Below, in pieces: positions 27,761 to 37,418 of a stretch of DNA of 55,099 nucleotides (positions within the stretch are counted from its first letter, which is position 1; every line of letters begins with the position of its first letter). Source of the DNA: a virus (lineage: Duplodnaviria > Caudoviricetes); IMG/VR virus record IMGVR_UViG_3300033475_000029, positions 1 through 55,099 of that record, one strand, 5' to 3'. The notes under the pieces are model-generated. The model was given only the letters and a program-made list of their open reading frames with translations. It ran no database searches and was not told the DNA's origin. The translations under genes were made by a program, and so were the position numbers.

Positions 27761-28339
27761 CTAGAAGGGAATGTCGTCCTCGGCCGCGCGGCCCTTGCCA
27801 ATGTGGCGATCTCCGACCCCGGGCTCGTCGCCCAGGTCTTCGCCGCTCGACGACGAGCGCCCGCCGCGTACGGCCTTCTCGCCTGGCGCGTCCGGGATGC
27901 CACGAACGGCCATCCTCATCTCGGCGGCGAAGCGACGCATGTCGTTCTTCTTCATGGGCGCCGAGAGCTTGAAACCGCCCCCGCCCGGAGCGTTCACCCA
28001 GGCGATCTTCGCGCTGATCTTGCCGTTGTACTCGGCGTGCTCGACCGTGATCGACACGGCCTGGTCGAGGGCCTGTTCGTTTACCGTCATGAGGTCGTCG
28101 CCGCGGAAGCCGCAGTAGCGAAGCGCCTGGATAGTGCGCTCGGTGGTCTTCTCGGTGAAGTAGCCGAACCACGTCAGCTTGTGGCCGATGTAGTCGCCGT
28201 CGATCACTTCAAAGCACACGGCGATCTGCCGCTTGTTCTCCTTGGTGAAGCCGAATTGCACCTTCTGCGGTCCCTCGTCGGTGGCAACGGGGACGACGAC
28301 GGCGCTGTAGTAACCCTCGGGGATCAGATCTTGAGACAT
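27761..28339 (-). CDS. ssb: Phage single-stranded DNA-binding protein (DUF669-like)
   Basis: IPEGYY N-terminus, acidic DDIPF tail, follows the Sak4-like ATPase. Confidence 0.8.
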   Translation of the reverse strand: MSQDLIPEGYYSAVVVPVATDEGPQKVQFGFTKENKRQIAVCFEVIDGDYIGHKLTWFGYFTEKTTERTIQALRYCGFRGDDLMTVNEQALDQAVSITVEHAEYNGKISAKIAWVNAPGGGGFKLSAPMKKNDMRRFAAEMRMAVRGIPDAPGEKAVRGGRSSSSGEDLGDEPGVGDRHIGKGRAAEDDIPF

Positions 28340-28367
28340 GTGGCTCTCCTCTTTCGAGCGTTGGTGG

Positions 28368-29375
28368 TCAGGCTGCTTGTTCTTCGGATTGCTTGGTGGG
28401 CACGCGCTTGAGCGCGAGCAGGTTGCGGCGCAGGCGTTCAATGTCGCCGGCCGCAGTCGCTTCCTTCACGGCCGCGGAGACCTTCGCGGCGATCACCGCG
28501 TCTCCGATGCGCTCCGCTTCGGCCATCACGAGGGCGGCGAGTTGCGGGACGTCCATCGACTCGCCGTCACTGAGCGCCTTGGCGAACGGCGCCCACGGGT
28601 TCTCGGGATCGAGCTCCACTTCCGCGGGCAGCGGATAGCGAGACTTTGCATCGTAAGCGGCGGTGCGCTCGAGGTAGAGCATCCGGCGCCCCGTCGTGAA
28701 GCCCTTCACGCGCGAGCCGGAGCCCTTGCCGGCGCCATCCTCGAAGGCGGCGAAACCAACGACATCGACCCAGTCCTTGAGGAGACCGGCCGCCTTGTCG
28801 TTCAGGCTCAGGTTGTAACGGTCGAAATCCTCCGTCGTCGGGCTCTTGAACGTCCGCACGATCGAATGACCGATCATGAGCACGTTCATTCCGCGTGCGG
28901 CCTGGAGGCGCTCCAACTTCGAGAGGACGACGCGCCACTGATCCAGTGCGGCGTTGGGCCCCTTCCCGTACCCGTAGGAATCGAGGCTCTTTTGGCCGTC
29001 GCGCTTGCACACGAACTGCCAGACCATCGCCTCGAAGCTGTCGACGGTGTCCATGACGAGCGTCTGAAACCCGTGCTCGTTCGCCGTCAGGTCGTCGATC
29101 ATCCCGATGACGTCCTCGTAGCTGTGCGGGATATGACCGCCGAGGCCCTCGCGAAACGGATAGCGCGCCACGGGGAGCTGCGCGGATCCTCCCTCCACGT
29201 CGCACCAGATCGGCGCGGGCGCATGAGCCGCCAGGGTGCTCTTGCCTGCGCCGTTCTGCCCGAACACGAGAGCCTTGAGCGGCTCTTTGAGCTTCCCGGG
29301 CTTGATGCCCGAGAGACGCGTTTTCGGCGGCAACGCCTTGATGGCTGATTCAGAGAGCGTGATCGTTTTCGTCAT
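28368..29375 (-). CDS. sak4: Sak4-like AAA_24 ATPase recombinase
   Basis: GQNGAGKST, DVEGG, TLVMDTVD, GYGKG, IGH, DWVDVVGF, AKSR. Confidence 0.88.
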   Translation of the reverse strand: MTKTITLSESAIKALPPKTRLSGIKPGKLKEPLKALVFGQNGAGKSTLAAHAPAPIWCDVEGGSAQLPVARYPFREGLGGHIPHSYEDVIGMIDDLTANEHGFQTLVMDTVDSFEAMVWQFVCKRDGQKSLDSYGYGKGPNAALDQWRVVLSKLERLQAARGMNVLMIGHSIVRTFKSPTTEDFDRYNLSLNDKAAGLLKDWVDVVGFAAFEDGAGKGSGSRVKGFTTGRRMLYLERTAAYDAKSRYPLPAEVELDPENPWAPFAKALSDGESMDVPQLAALVMAEAERIGDAVIAAKVSAAVKEATAAGDIERLRRNLLALKRVPTKQSEEQAA

Positions 29376-29402
29376 GGTGGCCTCTTTCGCCGTTGGGTCT
29401 GC

Positions 29403-30410
29403 TTACGCGGCCAACTCCGGGTGGACGTCGGTCAGCTTTTGGAACTTCGTGTCGTCGTCGATCGACGCGCGCCCCTCGCAAACCTCGAGGTAGCTACAGG
29501 GCCGCCCGTACGCGTGGCACGCGCTCACCGAGCGCGGCGCCAGGCCCTTGCGGCCCGTGATCTGGATGAGCTGAGCCGCCTCATGCATGTCCGCCCGTGA
29601 CGCCGCGATCTCCGCGTCGAGCCGGATCACCTCCTGGCGCTGGTAGTACGCGTCAGGCTCGGCCGTGATCGCCTCAGCGATGCGCAGCCGAAACTCTTCG
29701 ATCGTCTCGTCGTTCTCGCGCTGGTTCGCGTACAGCCGGCCGCCTTGCGTGTACTTCCGAGCTTCGACGGGCGTCGCCTTGTACGGGCGCTGCGCGAGCT
29801 TGCCGAGGACGTCGTAAATTACGCCCGCGATCTCGCCGACCTTGAGCGACGCGGCGCCGTCGAAGTACGCGCTCACCTGAGAGTCGGTGCGAAGCTTCGA
29901 CCAGTACGTCGAGCCCGGCGACAGGTCGGCCCCGCTAGTCTTGTGCTCGACGATCCAGATCGAACCGTCCGAGCGCTTGCGCACAAGCGCGTCGAGCTTG
30001 CCGGCGAGCCGCACGCCGCGGGCCTTGCGCCCGTCAGCCTTCGTCAGCGACGTCTCGAACGCACACTCGACGGCGAGCACTTCGTACTCAGCCATCGCGC
30101 CCGACCAACGGGCGTCGTAGCCCATCATGAGAACCTCGGCCTTCGCGCGCGTGGCATCGTCGAAGGTCTGCGCCGATCCGATCGCTTTCGCGATCGCCGA
30201 CAGCGCATCGGACAGGGCCATGCGCGGGTCCATTAGGCAGCCCTGGTGAGCTTTCCACCACGCCTCAAGTCCGGCGTGCATGACCGTGCCGAACTCCAGA
30301 GACTCCGAGGCGACGAGCGAGCGCCAGCCTTCGTTGTAGCGGTACTGGTGCTTCCGGATGCACTCCTGGAACGCGCGCAACCGGGAATTCGTGAGAACCA
30401 GCCGAGTCAT
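29403..30410 (-). CDS. PD-(D/E)XK (RecB/Cas4-like) exonuclease
   Basis: S.L..F..C, FGT.MH, LAGKLD, IVEHKT, Q...Y and C-terminal Cys cluster. Confidence 0.88.
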   Translation of the reverse strand: MTRLVLTNSRLRAFQECIRKHQYRYNEGWRSLVASESLEFGTVMHAGLEAWWKAHQGCLMDPRMALSDALSAIAKAIGSAQTFDDATRAKAEVLMMGYDARWSGAMAEYEVLAVECAFETSLTKADGRKARGVRLAGKLDALVRKRSDGSIWIVEHKTSGADLSPGSTYWSKLRTDSQVSAYFDGAASLKVGEIAGVIYDVLGKLAQRPYKATPVEARKYTQGGRLYANQRENDETIEEFRLRIAEAITAEPDAYYQRQEVIRLDAEIAASRADMHEAAQLIQITGRKGLAPRSVSACHAYGRPCSYLEVCEGRASIDDDTKFQKLTDVHPELAA

Positions 30411-31016
30411 CCCGCCCTCCTAAACATCTGCGCCAGCACAAAACCCAGGTTATTGGCCACGGCGTCCGCAGTCCGCGAGGCCACCGGCTGCCCTGCTGCC
30501 GATGCGTGCCGCATGACTCCGTCTTTCATCCAGGCTGCGAGGGCCAGAGCGAGTTCGTGATCCGTCCCGGTCGCAATGGCGTCCTCGACAGACTCCGAGA
30601 GGGACAGCGCGAGTGCAGCAGCGGCGGTCACTTGGACACCGCCGTGCCGTCAACCGTGCAGATCAACTCCGGGTCAACGTGGTGCGGGAGCCCGCCCCCG
30701 TCGGGGAGCACGTGCATGTACGTCGGGCAGGCGAAGTCACCGCACGCGGCATCCTCGGCGGTGATGACAACGCCCGAGTAGTACACATGCGGGAGACCGG
30801 CCGACCGATACGTCACCCGCTGCCCCGGCTTGAAGTCCTCGCGCTTCACGCTGCGTTCTCCATGGTGATGCACGCGGGGCACAGGTCCTCACCCGGAGCC
30901 GGCTCACTCCCGCAATCGAGGCAGTGACCCTTGCAGTCGATGCCGCGGCGACCGTCGCAGTCATTGCAGACCGGATGCTCGCGCTCTTGCCACTCGATCA
31001 GTTCGGCGTCCGTCAT
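30407..31016 (-). other. Three small coupled ORFs (30407-30631, 30628-30849, 30846-31016)
   Basis: Overlapping stop/start codons; the last is Cys-rich. Confidence 0.55.
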
Positions 31017-31018
31017 GG

Positions 31019-31073
31019 TGTAACCAAATTAAACTGGTTACAGGGCAGGCGCAAGTATAAAAGTAACCAGTTC
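31019..31073 (-). promoter_or_regulatory. Sigma70-like promoter overlapped by GTAACCA operator repeats
   Basis: Minus strand TTGCGC-17 bp-TAATTT (31054-31026); inverted repeat GTAACCA-N8-TGGTTAC; AT-rich. Confidence 0.65.
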
Positions 31074-31092
31074 AAGAAAATCCTTGAGCCAG

Positions 31093-31533
31093 CTAGGAGG
31101 CGAAGCCGTGCGGCCAGTGCGCCCGGTCGGCGGGCCAGTCGATCAGCCTGGCGATGGCCTTGGCGCGGTCCTCGGGAATCTTGCGGTCCGAGTCCGTGCG
31201 GTGCATCGAAAGCATGGTGTGCGAGCACCCCACGGCAGCCGCCAGGGACCGCAGCGTATAGCCCGCCTTGCGGTATGCCGCGGCAAACTTGTCTTTGCCG
31301 GTGCGACCCTTCGAAATGGCAAGGCGTCTATCTGTAACCATGTTACCAGTTACAGTAGACGCGCTGGGCGCGGCGCGCAAGGTCAGTTCGTCCTCGGCCA
31401 GCGCCAGTGCTTCCCGTGCTGCCGTGAGCCTGGCAATTGCCGCCTCAAGAGCCTCTGTCTCAGCTCGCGCCTCGGCTTCCCTGGCGCGAGCGCGGGCAAG
31501 CTGGCGTTGCAAGAGGGTCCTGGTGTCCGGCAC
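31093..31533 (-). CDS. XRE/Cro-like HTH regulator with N-terminal coiled coil
   Basis: YTLRSLAAAVGCSHTMLS...IPEDRAKAIARLI. Confidence 0.7.
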   Translation of the reverse strand: MPDTRTLLQRQLARARAREAEARAETEALEAAIARLTAAREALALAEDELTLRAAPSASTVTGNMVTDRRLAISKGRTGKDKFAAAYRKAGYTLRSLAAAVGCSHTMLSMHRTDSDRKIPEDRAKAIARLIDWPADRAHWPHGFAS

Positions 31534-31618
31534 GGTGCCGTTTCTGGCACGGAGTGCCCATCGCGTCCAGAGGGGGAGGGAATCGTCAGTACACTATGCA
31601 TTTTTCGGCCTCAAAGTC

Positions 31619-33319
31619 TCATTCGCCGATGAAGTCGACACGCACGAGATCCTCGTCGGGCCACAGGTGCCCCGCCGTCGGAGCCTTCATGTAGCCGTCG
31701 CACTCGGCAGTGCAGTAGGCGCCTCCGGCCGCTGCCGCTACATCACGGCCACGGGGCGCCTTGGTCTTACCGCACGTCGCGCACGTGACGGGCGCGCGGC
31801 ATGCTTCGGTGCAGGCGCTCACGGCAGGCTCCGATCTTCCTCGCGGACCTTTCGGATCGCGGCCTCGTGACGGTCCCGCGCCTCGCACGCTCGCATCCAC
31901 CGGGCGTTTGCGGTCGTGACCTTCGCCCTCGACGAGCCGGGAGGGAGCGCCATGCGTGCGGCGCTCGTTTTCGCGACGTGGGCTTCGTGCTTCGCGAGAA
32001 CGGCGTACATGTCTCGAAGTTGGAGGACGGCGAAGTAGCGCGATGTTTCTTCCCAGGTGGCCACCTACGCGCGCTCCGTTATTCCGACCTTCACGCCGTC
32101 GAAGTTCAGAAACGAGACATCACCGCGAGGATTCACGACGGCGACGCGCACCAAGTCGCGGTCCGTGTTCTTCTCGCGCAGTGCCTCAGCGAGCGCTGCC
32201 CGCTCCGTTCCGTGAGGGCGCCCAAGGCGGCACCAGATGCCCACAGTGTACGATCCGATGACCGTGTAGCCAGCGACATGCCCGAGCTTGCCGGGGTCGG
32301 TCACGGCATCACCACCAGGACAAGTGCCACCGCCACCAGGGCCACCGCCATGGCCAACACCGTGACGGGGTTTTCGTCGATGACGTCGACAAAGCGGGTC
32401 CAGAGGAAGAGTCGTGGGCGGGTGCGGACGAGCGGGGTCATGGGTTGCCTTTCGTGGCGTCCCCCGGCAAGCTCGGCTGGCTCCCCAAAGAGCAGCGCGA
32501 GGACCGGGGTGACTTGGTTTTCGTGCTCGGCTCGCGCTCGTGAGTGGCATCACGGGCGCGGGCCACTACCTCGCGGGAGCGACCTCCCAGCCGGCGCCGC
32601 GGAGCGCCTGTTCGTGGTCCGTGCCGCCGCGATAGGAGCCGTCCAATTCGAGCCATGACGTGATCGCTCCGTCGGCGTCGGACGGGAAGATGTACGTCTC
32701 GGGCACGCCCAGGACGTAGGTGGCGGAAACGATGACGTGCTCTGTGGTTCCATCGCAGCCGTTGTCCACGGGACGCGACAGCTTGTAGAGGCTTTGCACG
32801 GCCCCGCTGCGAGTCACCATGTTTTCCTTGATCAGCATCGCGATTACCTTGTCACTCATGCGCTCTCCTTTGCGTTGTTGTTGACCGCGGGCGCGAGGCC
32901 CAGCAGCACCCACTTGGCGTGCGTCAGGTAGATCCGGGTCTTCCCGCTGTAGTTCTTCGCCTTATAGCCAAAGAGGGCCATCAGGGAGCCGATGACGTGG
33001 CCCGGTCCCTCGACGCACCCGGAGGCCGGCTCGAGCTTCGTGAGCTGCGCCGTGAGCTCGGCGGCGCGAGCCTTCCATGCAGGGGACGGCTCCGACCAGT
33101 AGGAGCGGGTTTCGGTGGCCATGGCTACTTGGTCTCCGAGGCGCGGCGCCAGCGGCGCTCGCCGTAGGGCATGAAGCGCCAGTTATCCAAGCCGTTGTCG
33201 TACGAGAACCCGGCCGGGTGCAGCGCGACAACTTCGTAGCCGCCGAACCACTGCCAGTTGATATCGCTCTGGACGTCGATCTTGTCGCCAATCGCCGGGG
33301 CTGTCGTCGCGCTCGTCAT
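31619..33319 (-). other. Early cluster of small ORFs (31619-31822, 31819-32064, 32065-32304, 32301-32441, 32566-32859, 32856-33122, 33125-33319)
   Basis: Coupled ORFs with SDs downstream of the divergent control region. Confidence 0.6.
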
Positions 33320-33447
33320 GAATACGAATCTACGCCCTCTCTGATTATCTGCAACAAAAAAATGCACGGCGCTGCATTTTCCCTGCGACGGCGGCATATC
33401 GCGATATGCATTGACTTGCAGCAAATAAAGGCGCACACACAGGGGAG
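33320..33447. promoter_or_regulatory. Divergent control region with palindromic operators
   Basis: AT-rich; AAAATGCA-N6-TGCATTTT; perfect 16-bp GCATATCGCGATATGC; minus-strand TTGCAG-N16-TAGATT. Confidence 0.7.
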
Positions 33448-33651
33448 ATGGCTAAGACGAAGCGGGGGCGACCCCGGGCGCCGGCAGATGCGAAGATCGC
33501 GGCGCGCCACTCAGTGAACTACGTCAAAGAGGACAATGAGATCGTGAAGGCGGCAGCGGCGCACGAGGGAGAGCGGTCGATCGGACGATGGGTCGGCCGG
33601 GCCGCCCTCCTCCGTGCTCGCGCCGTGCTCGCAGAAAAGGAGAAGCCATGA
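33448..33651 (+). CDS. Ribbon-helix-helix (Arc/CopG/DUF1778-like) regulator
   Basis: KRGRP, short beta strand, then E..IVKAAA....SIGRWVGRAAL; first gene of the plus-strand operon. Confidence 0.65.
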   Translation: MAKTKRGRPRAPADAKIAARHSVNYVKEDNEIVKAAAAHEGERSIGRWVGRAALLRARAVLAEKEKP

Positions 33652-33833
33652 ATCCCGACCCTCGGAACGCATGCCCACCCGACGGCCACGACTGGACCGA
33701 CTCGGTCTGGCTTCCCGGCACCCAGGAGTGCGCGTGGCCAACCTGCGGAGCCACCCGTGAAGCTCCCGCGGTCGTCGTGCGTGGTGTGGATGTCCCTGCT
33801 AGCTCTATGGATGTGGGAAGGAGAGCGGCGTGA
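33648..33833 (+). CDS. Small Cys/His protein
   Basis: ATGA coupled; C...GHDW...C..PTCG. Confidence 0.5.
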   Translation: MNPDPRNACPPDGHDWTDSVWLPGTQECAWPTCGATREAPAVVVRGVDVPASSMDVGRRAA

Positions 33834-34186
33834 GCGGTCCCGACATCCGTGTCGTCGACCATGCCGACGAGGTTTCGTGTGCGTTCTGCGGCTCGTTCGC
33901 GTCGGACAAGGCCCTGATCGTGAACCAGCACGAGGGCGTTGGCTCGCTCATCTGCCAGAGCTGCGTGAACGCACTGGATGCGTTTTTCATCACGCACCCT
34001 GGCGGGAAGTCGGCGCTGGGTGCGGCGCGTTCGAAGATCGAACGGTGCGACGAGTGCGGGTCAGCATGGGACGCGTCCGCGGGTGTTCTCACGCACCCTT
34101 TGCGCCATCAGCGGTCGTGCTCTCGCTCGACATTCGGGCAGTCGGCGACGTATGCGGATGAATCTGGCGATGGAGGCGGGGCGTGA
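33830..34186 (+). CDS. ClpX C4-type zinc-finger-like protein
   Basis: SCAFCG......LI........ICQSCV. Confidence 0.65.
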   Translation: MSGPDIRVVDHADEVSCAFCGSFASDKALIVNQHEGVGSLICQSCVNALDAFFITHPGGKSALGAARSKIERCDECGSAWDASAGVLTHPLRHQRSCSRSTFGQSATYADESGDGGGA

Positions 34187-34554
34187 GCACATCACCAGGA
34201 CCGTGGAAGTGGGAGTACGGCGACGGCCCCGGCGACGTGCGCCGCCTCAACGATGCCAATGGCGAAGAGGTTCTCGGTTGCTCCGTCTGGTCTGACCCGG
34301 TGTGTTTGAGCATCGATGGCGATGGCGCCGATGCGAGGCTCATCCTGGTCGCTCCCGAGATGGCGATTCGCCTTCGATCTCTTGAGTGGGTCGGCTACGA
34401 AGGCGAGATGGGCTTTCTGCCGGCGCGCTGCCCGGAGTGTGAGGCGTACGAAAGTGACGGGCATGTTCAGGGGTGCGAGTTTGCCGCTCTACTTGCCCGT
34501 CTCCCTGCCCCGCCCGCTGCCCCGGAGACCGCTCAACGAAAGGACCGCGAGTGA
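34183..34554 (+). CDS. Phage hypothetical protein (SPGPW...DARLI..APEM type)
   Basis: Recurrent phage motif; coupled. Confidence 0.65.
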   Translation: MSTSPGPWKWEYGDGPGDVRRLNDANGEEVLGCSVWSDPVCLSIDGDGADARLILVAPEMAIRLRSLEWVGYEGEMGFLPARCPECEAYESDGHVQGCEFAALLARLPAPPAAPETAQRKDRE

Positions 34555-34934
34555 GCCGCATCGTGCACCATGCCATCATCGTGACGGGCGCCATCCGCGA
34601 GCACATGGTTCGCGCGGAGGCGATGGCGCGCGAGATCTTCGGGAGCTGGGCGCCGCCGCCGTTCCCGGCGCTCGCCAACGGCTACTGGACGCTCTGCATC
34701 GGACCCGACGGAAGCAAGGAAGAATGGGCCGACTCTGACGCCGGCGACGAGCGGCGCAAGGTCTTCATCGCGTGGCTCGAGGCGCAGCGCTACGAGGACG
34801 GCTCGTCGCCGTTCGCGTGCGTCGAGGTCGAGTACGGGGGTGACGAGCGCGCGCCCGCGCGGATCGTGCACGATGAGGCGCGCCGCGAGCACTGGTCGCG
34901 CGGCGACAGCCGGGAGAGAGGGCGGACGCCTTGA
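34551..34934 (+). CDS. Phage hypothetical protein
   Basis: HHAIIVT...NGY....IGPDGSKEEW.DSDAGD. Confidence 0.65.
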   Translation: MSRIVHHAIIVTGAIREHMVRAEAMAREIFGSWAPPPFPALANGYWTLCIGPDGSKEEWADSDAGDERRKVFIAWLEAQRYEDGSSPFACVEVEYGGDERAPARIVHDEARREHWSRGDSRERGRTP

Positions 34935-35086
34935 GCGCGAGCGCCGCCGAGGTCGACATCGAGCGGCCGTGCATCGACTGCGGGACGGCGACGCTCAATC
35001 CCGGGCGGTGCCGCGACTGCCACATCGAGTACCTCTTCGACCTGGCGCGCTGCGAGCTCTGCGGTGATGACGCGGCACCGGCCTAG
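34931..35086 (+). CDS. Small Cys-rich protein
   Basis: TTGA coupled; three CxxC motifs. Confidence 0.45.
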   Translation: MSASAAEVDIERPCIDCGTATLNPGRCRDCHIEYLFDLARCELCGDDAAPA

Positions 35087-35385
35087 CCTCCGCCCTCGAT
35101 CACGAGTTGCCACGGCCGGCGCCCCGAACACCAACGCCACGCCCCCGACATCGAGCGGTAGCAGTGATCCGGGGCGTTCGTCTCCATTTCCTCGAACGTC
35201 GGCCGGGCCGCGTCTCCGCCGGTCTTCACGGGGCGCAGACAGCGACTACAGCGCGCCACCGTGCGGAGCGTGGTGTCCTCATCGTCAGGGTCGTCCGGCA
35301 TCTCGGGGAGCGCGCCCTCAACGAACGTGGGCGCGTCATCGTCGATCCATTCGGCGGCCCGGTCGTCGTCGGTCACGTCGATCAC
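35083..35385 (-). CDS. Acidic/Cys hypothetical protein
   Basis: Coupled ORF. Confidence 0.5.
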   Translation of the reverse strand: MIDVTDDDRAAEWIDDDAPTFVEGALPEMPDDPDDEDTTLRTVARCSRCLRPVKTGGDAARPTFEEMETNAPDHCYRSMSGAWRWCSGRRPWQLVIEGGG

Positions 35386-35597
35386 CGAATCTGCTCCGGC
35401 AGCACGAAGACGGTCCCGAGGACGCGTGCGGGGAAGACCTCGCGTAGCCGCGCAAGCGCCTGGACTTGGCCCTCGGCCGCCATTACATAGTCCATGTCCT
35501 TCTTCGGTACGAAGGTGACCTGCGTGAGCTCCTCGCCGCCGGCCGCGAGCAGGCGGTCGAGACCGAGGAGAGCGAGCACTTCATCGCGCGTGGTCAC
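35382..35597 (-). CDS. Hypothetical protein
   Basis: Coupled ORF. Confidence 0.5.
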   Translation of the reverse strand: MTTRDEVLALLGLDRLLAAGGEELTQVTFVPKKDMDYVMAAEGQVQALARLREVFPARVLGTVFVLPEQIR

Positions 35598-36133
35598 GGC
35601 ACCGGCCGCGTCTGCGCGAGCGCGAACCTCAGCCACCCGACCATCTTCCCGTGGTGCACCTTCTCTGGGTCGCCGGTCTTCACGAGCAGCGAGTCACCCG
35701 TGCGGCTGCCGGCGGCGTTCGTGTTTCCCGATGCCCAGCCCAGGCCGACGCCCTCGACGAGCGGCGCCGTGCACACGATGACGTGGCCTTTTCCTGCGCC
35801 ATGGTCGAGAATCCCCACGTCCCCGCGTCTCGGCGTGATGACGCGGCAGACAGGATCGGCGAGCTGCCACATGCGGAGCGCCCCGGCCGTCCGCGGGCAC
35901 GGGTTCACGATGCCGAGCTCGCGCGAGACGTAGTAGTGCGCCGCGTGCGCCGTCGCCGCGCACCACTCGTTCCCGGGCGAAAGCCCGACGAGGCGCAGCC
36001 ATTCGTTGATCTCGGGCCCGCTGTTCGGCCCTAGCGTTTCCTTGAACCCAAGGTGGGCCTCCATCCATGAAGCGACGCGCTCGCCGATGTCGTTCGGGTC
36101 GCACATGAGCGGGGACGTGTCGGTCGCGGTCAT
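35594..36133 (-). CDS. CHAP/NlpC-P60-type cell-wall hydrolase (candidate endolysin)
   Basis: N.GPEI..WL, WCAA, PRRGDV, GHV and GNTN motifs. Confidence 0.8.
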   Translation of the reverse strand: MTATDTSPLMCDPNDIGERVASWMEAHLGFKETLGPNSGPEINEWLRLVGLSPGNEWCAATAHAAHYYVSRELGIVNPCPRTAGALRMWQLADPVCRVITPRRGDVGILDHGAGKGHVIVCTAPLVEGVGLGWASGNTNAAGSRTGDSLLVKTGDPEKVHHGKMVGWLRFALAQTRPVP

Positions 36134-36642
36134 TGCACCTCCAGAATCGTCACGGCGACGCCGTGCTTGGCGTCGACGGTGAACGTGTCAGACCAGCTTT
36201 CGATCGCGGCCCACCCGTCACCGGGGAGCACGCCAGCCTTCACGAGCCCGTCGAGGATGAACTTCCGGCCGGCGCTCGAGACGTTGTCGGGGTCGCGGCG
36301 CCGGTCCTTCTCGACCCACAGGAAGTGCAGCCGGGCGCGGCGCACGGGGCGGAGGCGCGCAGCCTTCGCGTTCGCCCAGACGAACTCGCCCAGGTCGCGC
36401 TTCATCTTCGCGTAGGCGTGGCCGCGACCGCCGCGCCCCTTGGCGGCGGCGATGACCTCGTTGAGGCCGGGCAAGCGGTCGGGGATCCAGAGCGTCTGGC
36501 GCAACGGCTCGGCGGCGGCGATGCGCGCGGCGCCCTGGGCGAGGATGCCGGCGGCCCGCGCCTCGGTCGCGCGCACGGTTGCCTCGGCGGACTCGACCCA
36601 GCCAAAGCCGCCTGCGGCACGAGCGCGCTCGCCGGGCGTCAC
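36130..36642 (-). CDS. rusA: RusA-like Holliday junction resolvase
   Basis: LPGLNE...RRRDPDN....KFILDGLVKAGVLPGD. Confidence 0.82.
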   Translation of the reverse strand: MTPGERARAAGGFGWVESAEATVRATEARAAGILAQGAARIAAAEPLRQTLWIPDRLPGLNEVIAAAKGRGGRGHAYAKMKRDLGEFVWANAKAARLRPVRRARLHFLWVEKDRRRDPDNVSSAGRKFILDGLVKAGVLPGDGWAAIESWSDTFTVDAKHGVAVTILEVQ

Positions 36643-37418
36643 GCGAACACCGCCAGAACACAGAGGGCGGCCGCCAGCGCCAGTAGCGCGCCAGCGAAGA
36701 GGCGAAGGCCCCGCCGGCGCGCGAACAGGCGTCGCGCGGGCGAGCCCGGCACGTCGGTCCAAGTGCGCCGAACTCGTTTCCCCTGCGCGGTGTCGCGCCA
36801 GAGGACGCCGGGGGAGGAGCTGCGCCGGCTCACGAGGCCGACCTCTCCTTCGCCGAGAGCCGGTAGAGCGCCTGCCCCACGTCGCACTCAAGGTCCGGGC
36901 CCATGAGGTTGCAGCCACACGGGCCGCCACTGCCCACGTGCAACCGGTAGAACGCCGCGACGCCCTCCACGGCCATCTCCACGAGGCGCACGTCGGGAGG
37001 GATGCGGGGCTCGGGCGCGGCAACGCGGCTCACCGCGCCCCCGCATGCGCTTCCCAGAGCCCCCACGCCAGCGCCCCGAATAAGCCGACGACGATTGCGA
37101 ACATGGCCGCGCCCAGCAGGACGCGGATCACGAGCGGCGTCTTGTCGGGGCCGCCAGCGCGCTTCACGGGTGTCACCTCGCTCCTCCGTCGGCCGAGCAC
37201 GGCGAGGCGCCGGTGCGGTACCTCGGTGCGCCCGCGTCGTCCCGTTCGAGCACCCCGCCGATGTAGACACAGCCGGCGTCGCACTTCTTCGCCATGAACG
37301 GAGGCCCCGAGATGTCCGGCACGGGCGGCAGAGGCGGGAGCGTTGGCCCTGTTGCGCATGAGACCCACAGAATGGCCGCCAGGGCGGTCGCCAGAGACAC
37401 GCCGGCGCGCAGGCTCAC
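36639..37418 (-). other. Four small coupled ORFs, three with hydrophobic or signal segments (36639-36833, 36830-37033, 37030-37176, 37173-37418)
   Basis: Overlapping stop/start codons. Confidence 0.5.

Noticed and set aside
29403-30410. CRISPR-associated Cas4
   Set aside because: The exonuclease-Sak4-SSB context is a standard phage recombination module; no other cas genes
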